Source: Alphaproteobacteria bacterium (GTDB lineage: Bacteria > Pseudomonadota > Alphaproteobacteria > SHVZ01). Taken from it: DNA of 64,000 nt. The stretch's first letter is position 1, and every line of letters starts with the position of its first letter. The translations under genes were made by a program, and so were the position numbers. The DNA lies in the NCBI GenBank assembly GCA_016869285.1, contig VGEN01000004.1, positions 365 through 64,364 of the forward strand, in the 5' to 3' direction. The notes under the pieces were generated by a model that searched no databases, was not told where the DNA came from, and worked only from the letters and a program-made list of their open reading frames with translations. Positions 50,462 to 59,069 of the stretch are shown here, in pieces.

Positions 50462-51484
50462 TTACACTACCTGGAAGCCGCGGGCGAAGGGATCGCGGTC
50501 GTCGACGAAGATGGTGTTGAGCCCCGTCACCTGCGCCCAGCCTTTGATCGAGGGGACAATCGCCGGATAGTTGCCGACCTTGGTCTCCTTCTCGACCTTG
50601 CCCTCGAACTGGCTGCCGATGATGCTCTCGTGAACGAAGCTCTCGCCGGGCTTGAGCTTGCCCTTGCCGTAGAGATGCGCGAGCCGTGCCGAGGTGCCGG
50701 TGCCGCAGGGCGAGCGGTCGATCGCCTTGTCGCCGTAGAAGACGGCGTTGCGGCCATGCGAGCCCTTCTGCGTCGGCTTGCCGGTCCATTGGATGTGCGA
50801 GAGCCCCTTGATCGCCGGGTTCTCGGGATGGACGTAGCTGCCGGTCTCGTTGAGCGTCTTCCTGAGCTTCGGGCTCATGCGCACGAGATCGGCGGCGGTG
50901 AAATCGGCCATGTCGCGAAAATTCTCTTGCGGCTCGACGATGGCGTAGAAGTTGCCGCCATAGGCGACGTCCACCGTGAGCGGTCCCAGCTCGTCGGACT
51001 CCACCGCGACGTCCTCGGCATAGAGGAAGGAGGGGACGTTGGTCAGCTTCACCCATTCGACATAGGGGCCGTTCTGCCCGTACTCGGCGATGACGAGCCC
51101 GGCCGGCGTGTCGAGGCGGAGCGTGCCCGGCGTCCGCGGCTTGACCAGGCCGCGCTCGATCGCAGCCGTGACCGTGCCGATCGTGCCGTGGCCGCACATG
51201 GGCAGGCAGCCCGAGACCTCGATGAAGACGATGCCGAGGTCGCAATCCTCGCGGGTCGGCGGGTAGAGCAGGCTGCCCGACATCACATCATGGCCGCGCG
51301 GCTCGAACATCAGCGCCTCGCGAATCCAGTCCCATTCCTTGAGGAATTCGAGCCGCCGCTCGCTGGCGGTTTTGGCTTTCAGGGGCGGCTGTCCGCCGGC
51401 GACCACGCGCACCGGGTTGCCGCAGGTATGCGCATCGACGCAGAAGAAGGTGTGCTGCATGGGGCGAGAGCCTATCTGAGCCAT
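50462..51484 (-). CDS. proline racemase-family epimerase (4-hydroxyproline 2-epimerase / proline racemase type, Cys/Cys)
   Basis: Both catalytic cysteines are present (MCGHGTIG and SPCGTGT). I preferred the ATG at 51484, which has a GAGGG ribosome-binding site. An alternative ATG lies at 51460. Confidence 0.7.
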   Translation of the reverse strand: MAQIGSRPMQHTFFCVDAHTCGNPVRVVAGGQPPLKAKTASERRLEFLKEWDWIREALMFEPRGHDVMSGSLLYPPTREDCDLGIVFIEVSGCLPMCGHGTIGTVTAAIERGLVKPRTPGTLRLDTPAGLVIAEYGQNGPYVEWVKLTNVPSFLYAEDVAVESDELGPLTVDVAYGGNFYAIVEPQENFRDMADFTAADLVRMSPKLRKTLNETGSYVHPENPAIKGLSHIQWTGKPTQKGSHGRNAVFYGDKAIDRSPCGTGTSARLAHLYGKGKLKPGESFVHESIIGSQFEGKVEKETKVGNYPAIVPSIKGWAQVTGLNTIFVDDRDPFARGFQVV

Positions 51485-51520
51485 GGCCTTGCCCTCAACC
51501 GCCGCGCTATCCTCCGCACC

Positions 51521-52759
51521 ATGTCTCCCCACAAGAACGTCGCGGTCGTCGGTGCCGGTATCATCGGCACCTGCATCGCCGCCAAGCTGGTCGAGGATGG
51601 CCACGGCGTCACCCTGATTGATCCGCTGGAGCCAGGCCGCGCTACCTCCTACGGCAATGCCGGGGGCATCGCGGCGACGGCGATGGCACCCCTGTCGATG
51701 CCGGGCACGATCCGGAAGGTGCCGGGATGGCTGATGGACCCGCTGGGGCCCCTGACCATCCGCTGGTCCTACCTACCTCGGCTCGCGCCCTGGCTCTGGC
51801 GCTTCTGGCGTGCCGGAACGCCCGAGAAAGTCGAGAAGCAGGCCGACGCGCTGGCGGCGCTGCTGAAGCGCACCTACGCCGACTGGGACCCGCTATGGAA
51901 GGCCGCCGGGCTCGACACGCTGATCAAGCGCGACGGCTGCCTGCGCCTCTACGAAAGCAGGGCCGCCTATGAGGCCGACGAGCCCGAGTGGAAGCTCAAG
52001 CGCGACCGCGGCGTCCGTATGGAGATCATCGACCGGCACGAGATCCGCCAGCTCGAACCGCAGGTCGCGCCGATCTATGAACTCGGCGTGCTGACGCCGG
52101 AATGGAACTGGGTGCTCGATCCGCACCGGATCGTCACCGGCGTCGCCGACTACGCCACGGGCCGCGGGCTCAGGAGCTGGCGCGGCAAGGCGGTCGCCGC
52201 GCGCATCGGCGCGAACGGCGTCGAGGCGATCGTCACCGATACCGGCGTGGTTCCTTGCGATGCCGCGGTGGTCGCCGCCGGCGCGTGGAGCCATGTCGCC
52301 GCGCGCTGGTTCGGCTCCGAGGTGCCGCTCGAGACCGAGCGCGGCTACCACATGACCCTGCCCAAGCCGGGTGTCGAGATCCGCCACACGATCAATCTCG
52401 GCGGCTGGGTGATGACACCGATGCGGATGGGCCTTCGCCTCGGCGGCACGGTCGAGCTCGCCGGCCTCGACGCGCCGCCGAACTGGAAGCGCGCCGAGGT
52501 GCTGGTTGAACGCGCGAAGCGGGCCCTCCCCGGGCTCGATGCGACCGATGCCAGCCCGTGGATGGGCCACCGGCCGTCGCTGCCGGACTCGCTGCCCGTG
52601 ATCTCCGCGAGCCCGCACCACAGAAACGTCTACTTCGCCTTCGGTGCTGCGCACCTTGGCCTCACCGAAGGAGCCACCACGGGGGCGCTGATCGCCGACC
52701 TCGTCGCCGGCCGCACCCCCTCGATCGACATGACGCCCTATCGGGTCGATCGCTTCTGA
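51521..52759 (+). CDS. FAD-dependent oxidoreductase, D-amino-acid dehydrogenase/oxidase-like (DadA/DAO family)
   Basis: It has a Rossmann-fold FAD-binding motif (VAVVGAGIIGTCIA) and a DAO-fold C-terminus. I chose the internal ATG of ORF 50438..52759. The gene is divergent from the epimerase. Confidence 0.75.
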   Translation: MSPHKNVAVVGAGIIGTCIAAKLVEDGHGVTLIDPLEPGRATSYGNAGGIAATAMAPLSMPGTIRKVPGWLMDPLGPLTIRWSYLPRLAPWLWRFWRAGTPEKVEKQADALAALLKRTYADWDPLWKAAGLDTLIKRDGCLRLYESRAAYEADEPEWKLKRDRGVRMEIIDRHEIRQLEPQVAPIYELGVLTPEWNWVLDPHRIVTGVADYATGRGLRSWRGKAVAARIGANGVEAIVTDTGVVPCDAAVVAAGAWSHVAARWFGSEVPLETERGYHMTLPKPGVEIRHTINLGGWVMTPMRMGLRLGGTVELAGLDAPPNWKRAEVLVERAKRALPGLDATDASPWMGHRPSLPDSLPVISASPHHRNVYFAFGAAHLGLTEGATTGALIADLVAGRTPSIDMTPYRVDRF

Positions 52760-52771
52760 GGATGCGCGCGC

Positions 52772-52863
52772 TACCCCCCACCCTAACCCTCCCCCGCAAG
52801 GGGGGAGGGGACACGATCTCATGCCCCCTGCCCCCTTGCGGGGGAGGGATGGGGTGGGGTGTG
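52772..52863. repeat. GC-rich palindromic intergenic element, same family as 46411..46534
   Basis: CCCCCACCCTAACCCTCCCCCGC ... (palindromic core) ... GCGGGGGAGGGATGGGGTGGGGTG. These are two inverted copies of the GCGGGGGAGGG-N2-3-GGGTGGGG unit. Confidence 0.7.
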
Positions 52864-52868
52864 GCCTC

Positions 52869-53648
52869 GTGACTCTCCTCTCGCCCGGCGAGCGGCCTGC
52901 CTTCGAGATCGTCAACCCCGATGCGTCAGCGCCGTTCATCCTGCTCTGCGATCACGCGAGCAACCGGGTGCCGAAATCTCTCGGCGATCTCGGCGTGCCG
53001 AAGAAATACTTCAACCTGCATGTCGCCTGGGACATCGGCGCATTCGATGCAGCGAAGCATCTCGCGCGCCGTTTCGATGCGACGCTGGTCCACACCAGCT
53101 ACTCCCGCCTGGTGATCGACTGCAACCGCCGGCCGGAATCGCCCGGTCTCTGCCCGCCGATCAGCGACGGCGTCGAGGTTCCTGCCAACAAGGATCTTCC
53201 GGCGGCCGAACGGCGGCGCCGTCTCGACCTGCTGCACCGGCCTTATCACGATGCGATCGAGGCCCTGATCGCCGCACGCCGGGCGGACGGGCAGGTGCCG
53301 GCGATCGTCTCCATTCATAGCTGCACGCCGGTGATGGCCGGGTTCCACCGGCCTTGGCATCTCGGCATCCTCTGGAACGCGGATGAGCGGATCGCCAAGC
53401 CGCTGATCCGGACGCTCAGCGAGAACGCCGACCTCTGCATCGGTGACAACCAGCCCTATACGGGGAAGACGCAGAGCGGCTACACCATCCCCTTTCACGC
53501 CGAGCGCAACCGGCTCCCTCATGTCATGGTCGAGATCCGCCAGGACCTGATCGGCACCAAGGCCGAGGCCGAGCGTTGGGCCGGCACGCTCGGCGACGCG
53601 CTCGCGCCGATCCTCGCGGAGAAGTCGCTCTACCGCCCGTCCGGTTGA
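52869..53648 (+). CDS. N-formylglutamate amidohydrolase-family (FGase, PF05013-like) protein
   Basis: I recognise it by family pattern (LLCDHASNRVP...HSYSRLVIDCNR...SIHSCTP). I chose the GTG at 52869 because the ORF-track ATG at 52821 lies inside the repeat. Confidence 0.6.
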   Translation: MTLLSPGERPAFEIVNPDASAPFILLCDHASNRVPKSLGDLGVPKKYFNLHVAWDIGAFDAAKHLARRFDATLVHTSYSRLVIDCNRRPESPGLCPPISDGVEVPANKDLPAAERRRRLDLLHRPYHDAIEALIAARRADGQVPAIVSIHSCTPVMAGFHRPWHLGILWNADERIAKPLIRTLSENADLCIGDNQPYTGKTQSGYTIPFHAERNRLPHVMVEIRQDLIGTKAEAERWAGTLGDALAPILAEKSLYRPSG

Positions 53649-53649
53649 G

Positions 53650-55755
53650 TCACTTCGTCTCGATCAGCCCGTCTACGGCGAGGGCACCCTTCTCAAGCAC
53701 GATGAAGGGATTGACGTCGATCGACCGCAGCGTCGCCGCGTTCGCCGCGGCGTAGACGGAGAGCGCTGAGAGCGCCTTCGCCAGCGCTTCCTGGTCGAGC
53801 TTCGGACGACCGCGGGCGCCGTCGAGAAGCGGGAAGCCTTTGACCTCGCGGATCATCGCGCGTGCCTCGTCGAGCCCGAAGGGTGCGACGCGGAACGTCA
53901 CGTCCTTCAGCACCTCGGCGAAGATGCCGCCGAGCCCGAACATGACCACGGGGCCGAAGGAAGCGTCGTCGATGACGCCGAGGATGGTCTCCAATCCTCC
54001 CTTGATCATGGGTGCAACAAGGCAGCCATCGATCCTTGCGGACGGCTTCTCCTTCTTCGCCCGCTCCATGATCTGGGTGAAGGCGGCGCGCACGGCATCC
54101 GCATCGGCGAGGTTCAGCTTCACGCCGCCGATCTCGGTCTTGTGCAGGATGTCGGCCGAAGCGATCTTCAGCACGACCGGGTAGCCGAGGCTCGTCGCGG
54201 CGGCGACCGCCTCCTCGGCTGTCTTTGCCAGCTTCTCCTGCGCGACGGGAACGCCGGCGGACGCCAGCAGCACTTTCGCCTCGGCCTCGCCGAGCGAGGC
54301 GCCGGCCGGGACCGGCTTGGCTGACGAGGGGAGCGCCGGCGGCGGCGATCCGGCGCCTTTCGCGAAGCTGCGGCCGAAGCGCGAGAGCGCGGCGAAGGCG
54401 GCGACCGCGCGGCTCGGATCCTCGAAGCAGAGATAGCCCGCGGCCTCGTACTCCTTCGTCATCTCGGGCGAGGCCAGCATGCAGAGGATGAGAAGGCGGT
54501 CGCGATACTCGGCCGTCGCCTTGGTCAGCGCCTCCTTGAGGCGTCCTCCGGTCTCGCGGTTGCGCGGGATCGCGGTGACGAAAGCGGCGATCGCGCCGTA
54601 GCCGCCCTCGGCCAGGATCGTGCGCGTGAATTCGGTCACCAGGCTCATGTCGTTGAAGAACTGAGCGGTGGTGTCGACCGGGTTCCTGACCGCGGCGAAG
54701 GGCAGGATCGACTTGAGCCGCACCTGCGCCGCCTCCGGCATCGGCGCCACATCGACGCCGTGGCGCTCCGCGGCATCCGCCATCAACACGCCGGCACCGC
54801 CGGAAATCGTGACGATGCCGAGCCGGTCGGTCTCGGGAAAGATGCCGCGGGTTGCGGCATAGACCGCATCCAGCATCTCCTCGGTGGTCTCGGCGCGATG
54901 CACGCCGAGCTGTTTCAGCGCCGCGTCGTAGATCACGTCCGAGCCGGCGAGCGAGGCGGTGTGCGAGGCGGCGGCCGCGGCGCCGACCGCCGAACGCCCG
55001 ACCTTCATCATCACGACCGGCTTCTTCGCACGGCGGGCATTCTCAAGCGCGCCGAGGAAGCGGTCGCGGTCCTTGATGCCCTCGACATAGGCGGCGATCA
55101 CCTTGGTGTCGGGGTCGGCGGCGAAGTAGGCGACGGCGTCGGAGACGTCGACATCGCATTCATTGCCGGTCGTGAGCCAGCAGCTCATGCCGATGTTGCG
55201 GTCTCTGGTCAGCACGAAGAGATGGCTGCCATAGGCACCGGATTGACTCACCATGCCGACACCGCCCGGCTTCGGATGGCCGTGGTCGAGCGAGGCGGTG
55301 AAGGTCGGCGCGTAGCCGTGGCGCGCGTTGAAGAGGCCGAGGCAGTTCGGGCCGACAACGCGGCAGCCGGTTTCAGCGGCGATGCGGACCAGGCGCTCCT
55401 GCCATTTCCGGCCTTGCTCGTCGGCCTCGGCAAAGCCGGCGGAGAAGATGACGGCCGCCTTGGTGCCGCGCCTGGCCGCATTCTCGACCGCATCGCAGAC
55501 GGCGGCGGCGGGCACCGCGACGATCAGGCACTCTGCGGCCTCCGGCAGCTCATCGACGCTCTTGAAGGCCGGCAGGCCCTGGATCGTCCCACCCTTGACG
55601 TTGATCGGCCAGATCGGCCCGGGGAAGCCGCCTTCCTTGAGATAGCGGATTGGGCGCCCGCCTATGCGTGAGGGCTCGTTGGAGGCACCGAGCACGGCGA
55701 CCGATCTCGGCCAGAACAGAGGCCGCAGAGACTCCGGGCCGGGACGTGTTGCCAT
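53650..55755 (-). CDS. acetate/acyl-CoA synthetase, ADP- (NDP-) forming, with fused alpha and beta domains
   Basis: The 701-aa ORF has a CoA-binding N-terminus (VAVLGASNEPSRIGG), a succinyl-CoA-synthetase-like ligase domain and an ATP-grasp C-terminus. Confidence 0.8.
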   Translation of the reverse strand: MATRPGPESLRPLFWPRSVAVLGASNEPSRIGGRPIRYLKEGGFPGPIWPINVKGGTIQGLPAFKSVDELPEAAECLIVAVPAAAVCDAVENAARRGTKAAVIFSAGFAEADEQGRKWQERLVRIAAETGCRVVGPNCLGLFNARHGYAPTFTASLDHGHPKPGGVGMVSQSGAYGSHLFVLTRDRNIGMSCWLTTGNECDVDVSDAVAYFAADPDTKVIAAYVEGIKDRDRFLGALENARRAKKPVVMMKVGRSAVGAAAAASHTASLAGSDVIYDAALKQLGVHRAETTEEMLDAVYAATRGIFPETDRLGIVTISGGAGVLMADAAERHGVDVAPMPEAAQVRLKSILPFAAVRNPVDTTAQFFNDMSLVTEFTRTILAEGGYGAIAAFVTAIPRNRETGGRLKEALTKATAEYRDRLLILCMLASPEMTKEYEAAGYLCFEDPSRAVAAFAALSRFGRSFAKGAGSPPPALPSSAKPVPAGASLGEAEAKVLLASAGVPVAQEKLAKTAEEAVAAATSLGYPVVLKIASADILHKTEIGGVKLNLADADAVRAAFTQIMERAKKEKPSARIDGCLVAPMIKGGLETILGVIDDASFGPVVMFGLGGIFAEVLKDVTFRVAPFGLDEARAMIREVKGFPLLDGARGRPKLDQEALAKALSALSVYAAANAATLRSIDVNPFIVLEKGALAVDGLIETK

Positions 55756-55758
55756 GGC

Positions 55759-56796
55759 TCAGACCGTCGCGATCGGGCTGGCGGGAGATCCCACGGCGCC
55801 GGTGAGCCTGAGCGGCGGCGCAGTCAGGAGGAAACGCGACCGCTTGGCCTGCCTGAGCCAGCGCGCGAGGTCGGAGAGATACCAGATCTCACCGAGCGGC
55901 ACGCCGAGCTTGAACAGGCAATGCGCATGCAGCGGCATCGCCGGGTGCCGCCCGATGCCGGGGCGAGAGGGCAGAGACTCGACCGCGTAGTTGTCGGCGA
56001 TGATCGCGACGGCGCCTGAATCGGTGATCCATTGCAGGAGCCCGTCGTCGCGGCCGTCGAGAACGGCGCAGGAATTCTCCATCGTCTTCGCATCCGGAGC
56101 GCCACCGGCGGCGATGATCACGTCGGCGAAGCCGGTATAGAAGCAGACCATGTCGCCCTTGGTCACCTCGACCTTGTCTTCCTCCAGGATGCGGCGAAGG
56201 TCGTCGTAGCCGACCTCCTTGCGTGCGCGGCCGAAGCGGCTTTCGAGATCGACCATGACGGCGCGGCCTTGGATGCCGTGCACGGCGAAGTTCTGGATGC
56301 CGAGCGCGCGCGCCTCGGGTCCCTCATAGGTGTCCCAGGCGACGCCGCCGGGCTTCGCTGGCGGGGCGGCCACATGCGTGCCGGCGCGGAAGCCGTTGTA
56401 GTAGACGAGCTCCGGCTCGCCATCGCCGTCGGCGTCGAATTCCTGGCCGACATGGGCGAAGGAATCCCACTGGGTCGAGTATTGCGTGTGCAGCAGCACG
56501 GCATCGTCGGAAACGACATCGACCCAGTCCGGGTTCTCGCGGCGGAAGGGATAGTTGTAGTTGGCGAGTCCGCCGCGCAGCGTCGTGTAGCGCTTCGGCG
56601 GATGACGACGCGGATTCAGCACGTTGCCGCCTGGAAGCTCAAGCGGCAGCGACAGGCAGAAGGTGCGGCCTTCCCTCACCTCGGCGATGCCTTCGAGCAC
56701 CTTCTCCCGGGTGATCAGGTTGAGTCGGCCGAGCTGATCGTCGGGCCCGAAATCGCCCCAGGTCGATCCCTCCGGGCGCCGTTTCCATCGTGCCAT
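55759..56796 (-). CDS. cyclase-family protein (kynurenine-formamidase-like, PF04199)
   Basis: I chose the internal ATG (MARWKRRPEGSTWGDFGPDDQLGRLNLIT), which has a GGGAGG ribosome-binding site. The N-terminus is conserved with cyclase/KynB proteins. The stop lies 3 nt from the start of the acyl-CoA synthetase gene. Confidence 0.65.
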   Translation of the reverse strand: MARWKRRPEGSTWGDFGPDDQLGRLNLITREKVLEGIAEVREGRTFCLSLPLELPGGNVLNPRRHPPKRYTTLRGGLANYNYPFRRENPDWVDVVSDDAVLLHTQYSTQWDSFAHVGQEFDADGDGEPELVYYNGFRAGTHVAAPPAKPGGVAWDTYEGPEARALGIQNFAVHGIQGRAVMVDLESRFGRARKEVGYDDLRRILEEDKVEVTKGDMVCFYTGFADVIIAAGGAPDAKTMENSCAVLDGRDDGLLQWITDSGAVAIIADNYAVESLPSRPGIGRHPAMPLHAHCLFKLGVPLGEIWYLSDLARWLRQAKRSRFLLTAPPLRLTGAVGSPASPIATV

Positions 56797-56899
56797 GCTT
56801 CTCTCGCCTCCCTGAGCGGCGGGCAGGGTCTCAGAGCCGGTCGCCGCCGGCAAGGCTTTCGCGTATCGTGCCGCAACCTCGGATCGACCTGGATAGCCC

Positions 56900-58534
56900 A
56901 TGACCCGCCGCGCCGCCGATTTGCTCGTCGATTGCCTCGTCACCCATGGCACCGACCGCGTCTTCTGCGTCCCCGGCGAGAGCTACCTCGCCGTGCTCGA
57001 CGCGCTGGTCGACCGCCCGGAGATCGATGTCGTCGTTGCTCGCCATGAGGGCGGCGCGGGATTCATGGGCGTCGCCGACGCCAAGCTCACCATGCGGCCG
57101 GGCGTGGTCTTCGTCAGCCGCGGCCCTGGCGCCACCAACGCTTCGATCGCTGTGCATGTGGCGCAGCAGGACGCGGTGCCTTTCGTTCTCTTCATCGGCC
57201 AGATCGAGCGCAAGGATTTCGGCCGCCGCGCCTTCCAGGAGGTCGACTACGTCCAGACCTTCGGCGACATGGCGAAGCATGTGGAGGTCGTGACTGACGG
57301 CAACCGCGTGCCCGAAGCGATCCAGCGCGCCTTTCATCTGGCGCAATCCGGAACGCCCGGCCCGACCGTGGTCGTGCTGCCCGAGGACATGCTGCTCGAT
57401 CAGGTCGAGGCCGCCGTGCTGCCGCCGAAACCGGTCGTTGCCGCGCATGCCGGCGCCGACACGATCGCCGGGGTCGCGGCCCGGCTCGCCGCGGCCGAGC
57501 GGCCGGCAGTGCTCGCCGGCACTCTGATGCGCGGCGATGACGGACGCACGGCATTGATCGAGCTTGCCGAGGCCGCGGACACGCCGGTCATCGCCGCCTT
57601 CAAGCAGCAGGATCTGTTCCCGAACACGCACCGCCTGTTCGGCGGCCATCTCGGCTATATGGCGCCGGACGATCAGGTGAAGCTGGTCGGCGAGGCCGAC
57701 CTCCTGATCGCGCTCGGCACGCGCCTCGGCGATGTGACAAGCCAGGGCTACCGGCTGCCGATGAAGGGCCAGGAACTGGTCCATGTCTTTCCCGATCCGG
57801 CGGTGGCGCCGATTGCGGTCAATCCGGTTATCTTTGCCCACGCGCTCGCCGGGGCTTCTCGCCGATCGAATGCGAAGGCCGACAGCCGCGCGCGCTGGGC
57901 CGCGAAGCTGCACGGACGTCACGCCGGACAGGCGGTGTGGAAGCCGGCGGAGGCAAAGGACGGCGTCGTCTTCGGCCATCCGGTCGTGGCGCTGATCGAT
58001 CAGCTTCCCGACGATGCGATCCTGATCACCGATGCCGGCAATTTCTCAGGCTGGCTGCACCGTCACTTTCCGTTCTCTGGGAAACACAAACTGCTCGGCA
58101 TGATCGCCGGCGCCATGGGCTTCGGCATGCCGGCCGCGGTCGCGGCCTCGTTGCGATATCCCGATAAGCCGGTCGTCGTGCTGATCGGCGATGGCGGCTT
58201 CCTGATGACCGGCACCGAGCTTGCGACCGGAATGAAGCACGGCGCCCGATTCGTCGCGCTCGTCTCCAACAACGGCAGCTTCGGCACGATTCGCCTGCAT
58301 CAGGAGAAGCACTATCCGGGGCGCGTCAGCGCCACAGAGCTGGTGAACCCGGACTTCGCGGCGCTCGCCCGCTCCTTCGGCGCGACGGGGCTGACGCTGG
58401 CCAATTCTGCCGATTCCGCTGACATCGTCCGCCAGGCGCTGGCGGCCAAGGGGCCGGCGGTGGTTGATGTCCGCTCCAGCCTCGAGCACATCACCGCCTT
58501 CACGACGCTGGGCGCGCTCGCTCCGGCCCGGTGA
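56900..58534 (+). CDS. thiamine-diphosphate enzyme, acetolactate-synthase-like family; paralog-type of 48646..50352
   Basis: The 544-aa ORF has a GDGGF...NN PP domain. Confidence 0.75.
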   Translation: MTRRAADLLVDCLVTHGTDRVFCVPGESYLAVLDALVDRPEIDVVVARHEGGAGFMGVADAKLTMRPGVVFVSRGPGATNASIAVHVAQQDAVPFVLFIGQIERKDFGRRAFQEVDYVQTFGDMAKHVEVVTDGNRVPEAIQRAFHLAQSGTPGPTVVVLPEDMLLDQVEAAVLPPKPVVAAHAGADTIAGVAARLAAAERPAVLAGTLMRGDDGRTALIELAEAADTPVIAAFKQQDLFPNTHRLFGGHLGYMAPDDQVKLVGEADLLIALGTRLGDVTSQGYRLPMKGQELVHVFPDPAVAPIAVNPVIFAHALAGASRRSNAKADSRARWAAKLHGRHAGQAVWKPAEAKDGVVFGHPVVALIDQLPDDAILITDAGNFSGWLHRHFPFSGKHKLLGMIAGAMGFGMPAAVAASLRYPDKPVVVLIGDGGFLMTGTELATGMKHGARFVALVSNNGSFGTIRLHQEKHYPGRVSATELVNPDFAALARSFGATGLTLANSADSADIVRQALAAKGPAVVDVRSSLEHITAFTTLGALAPAR

Positions 58535-58553
58535 CGCTGATAGGCTTGCCGGC

Positions 58554-59066
58554 ATGCGTCTGATCGCGGCCCTGCTGGCGCTGGTCTCGCTTCCGGCTTC
58601 CGCCGCCGAGCGCTTCATCGGCGACGATGCGTCGATCTCCGCCGGCGCCTATATCGACAGCGCCATCGGCTATCCGAACGACTACACGCCGGGGCGTCTT
58701 GCTGTCGACTATGTCGGCGTCTACGAAGGCGCTTTCGTCACGCAGGTACGCTTCACGCCGAGCCGCGGGCATCAGGTGGTTCTCGGCAAGGGCTTCAACG
58801 AGCGCACCGGCAACGGCGCGGCCTGCGCCGACTTCCGCATCATCGTCGAGCGCTTCTCGGCGGCGAGCCTCGAGAAGCTCGAGCGCGACAAGTCCAATGT
58901 GAAGCTCGAGGTCGCCAGCATGGACACCGTGCGCGGCGTCATCTGCCGGCTGACGCCGAAGGACATCTCGGTCGAGATCGCCGAGGTCAAGCTGGCGCTG
59001 CCGGCCGACCGCGCCGCCTTCGCCACGCCCTTTGCGATAAGCCGCGCGAGCGGCGGCGGAATCTAG
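58554..59066 (+). CDS. secreted hypothetical protein
   Basis: The 170-aa ORF has a signal peptide (MRLIAALLALVSLPASAAE). No family was recognised. Confidence 0.45.
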   Translation: MRLIAALLALVSLPASAAERFIGDDASISAGAYIDSAIGYPNDYTPGRLAVDYVGVYEGAFVTQVRFTPSRGHQVVLGKGFNERTGNGAACADFRIIVERFSAASLEKLERDKSNVKLEVASMDTVRGVICRLTPKDISVEIAEVKLALPADRAAFATPFAISRASGGGI

Positions 59067-59069
59067 ACG

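Noticed and set aside
52558-52872. A 104-aa ORF encoding ...LPRKGGGDTISCPLPPCGGGMGWGVAS across the 52.8-kb repeat.
   Set aside because: The peptide is simply the translation of the GC-rich palindromic repeat, and the mirror ORF on the other strand encodes the same motif. I treat it as a repeat, not a gene.
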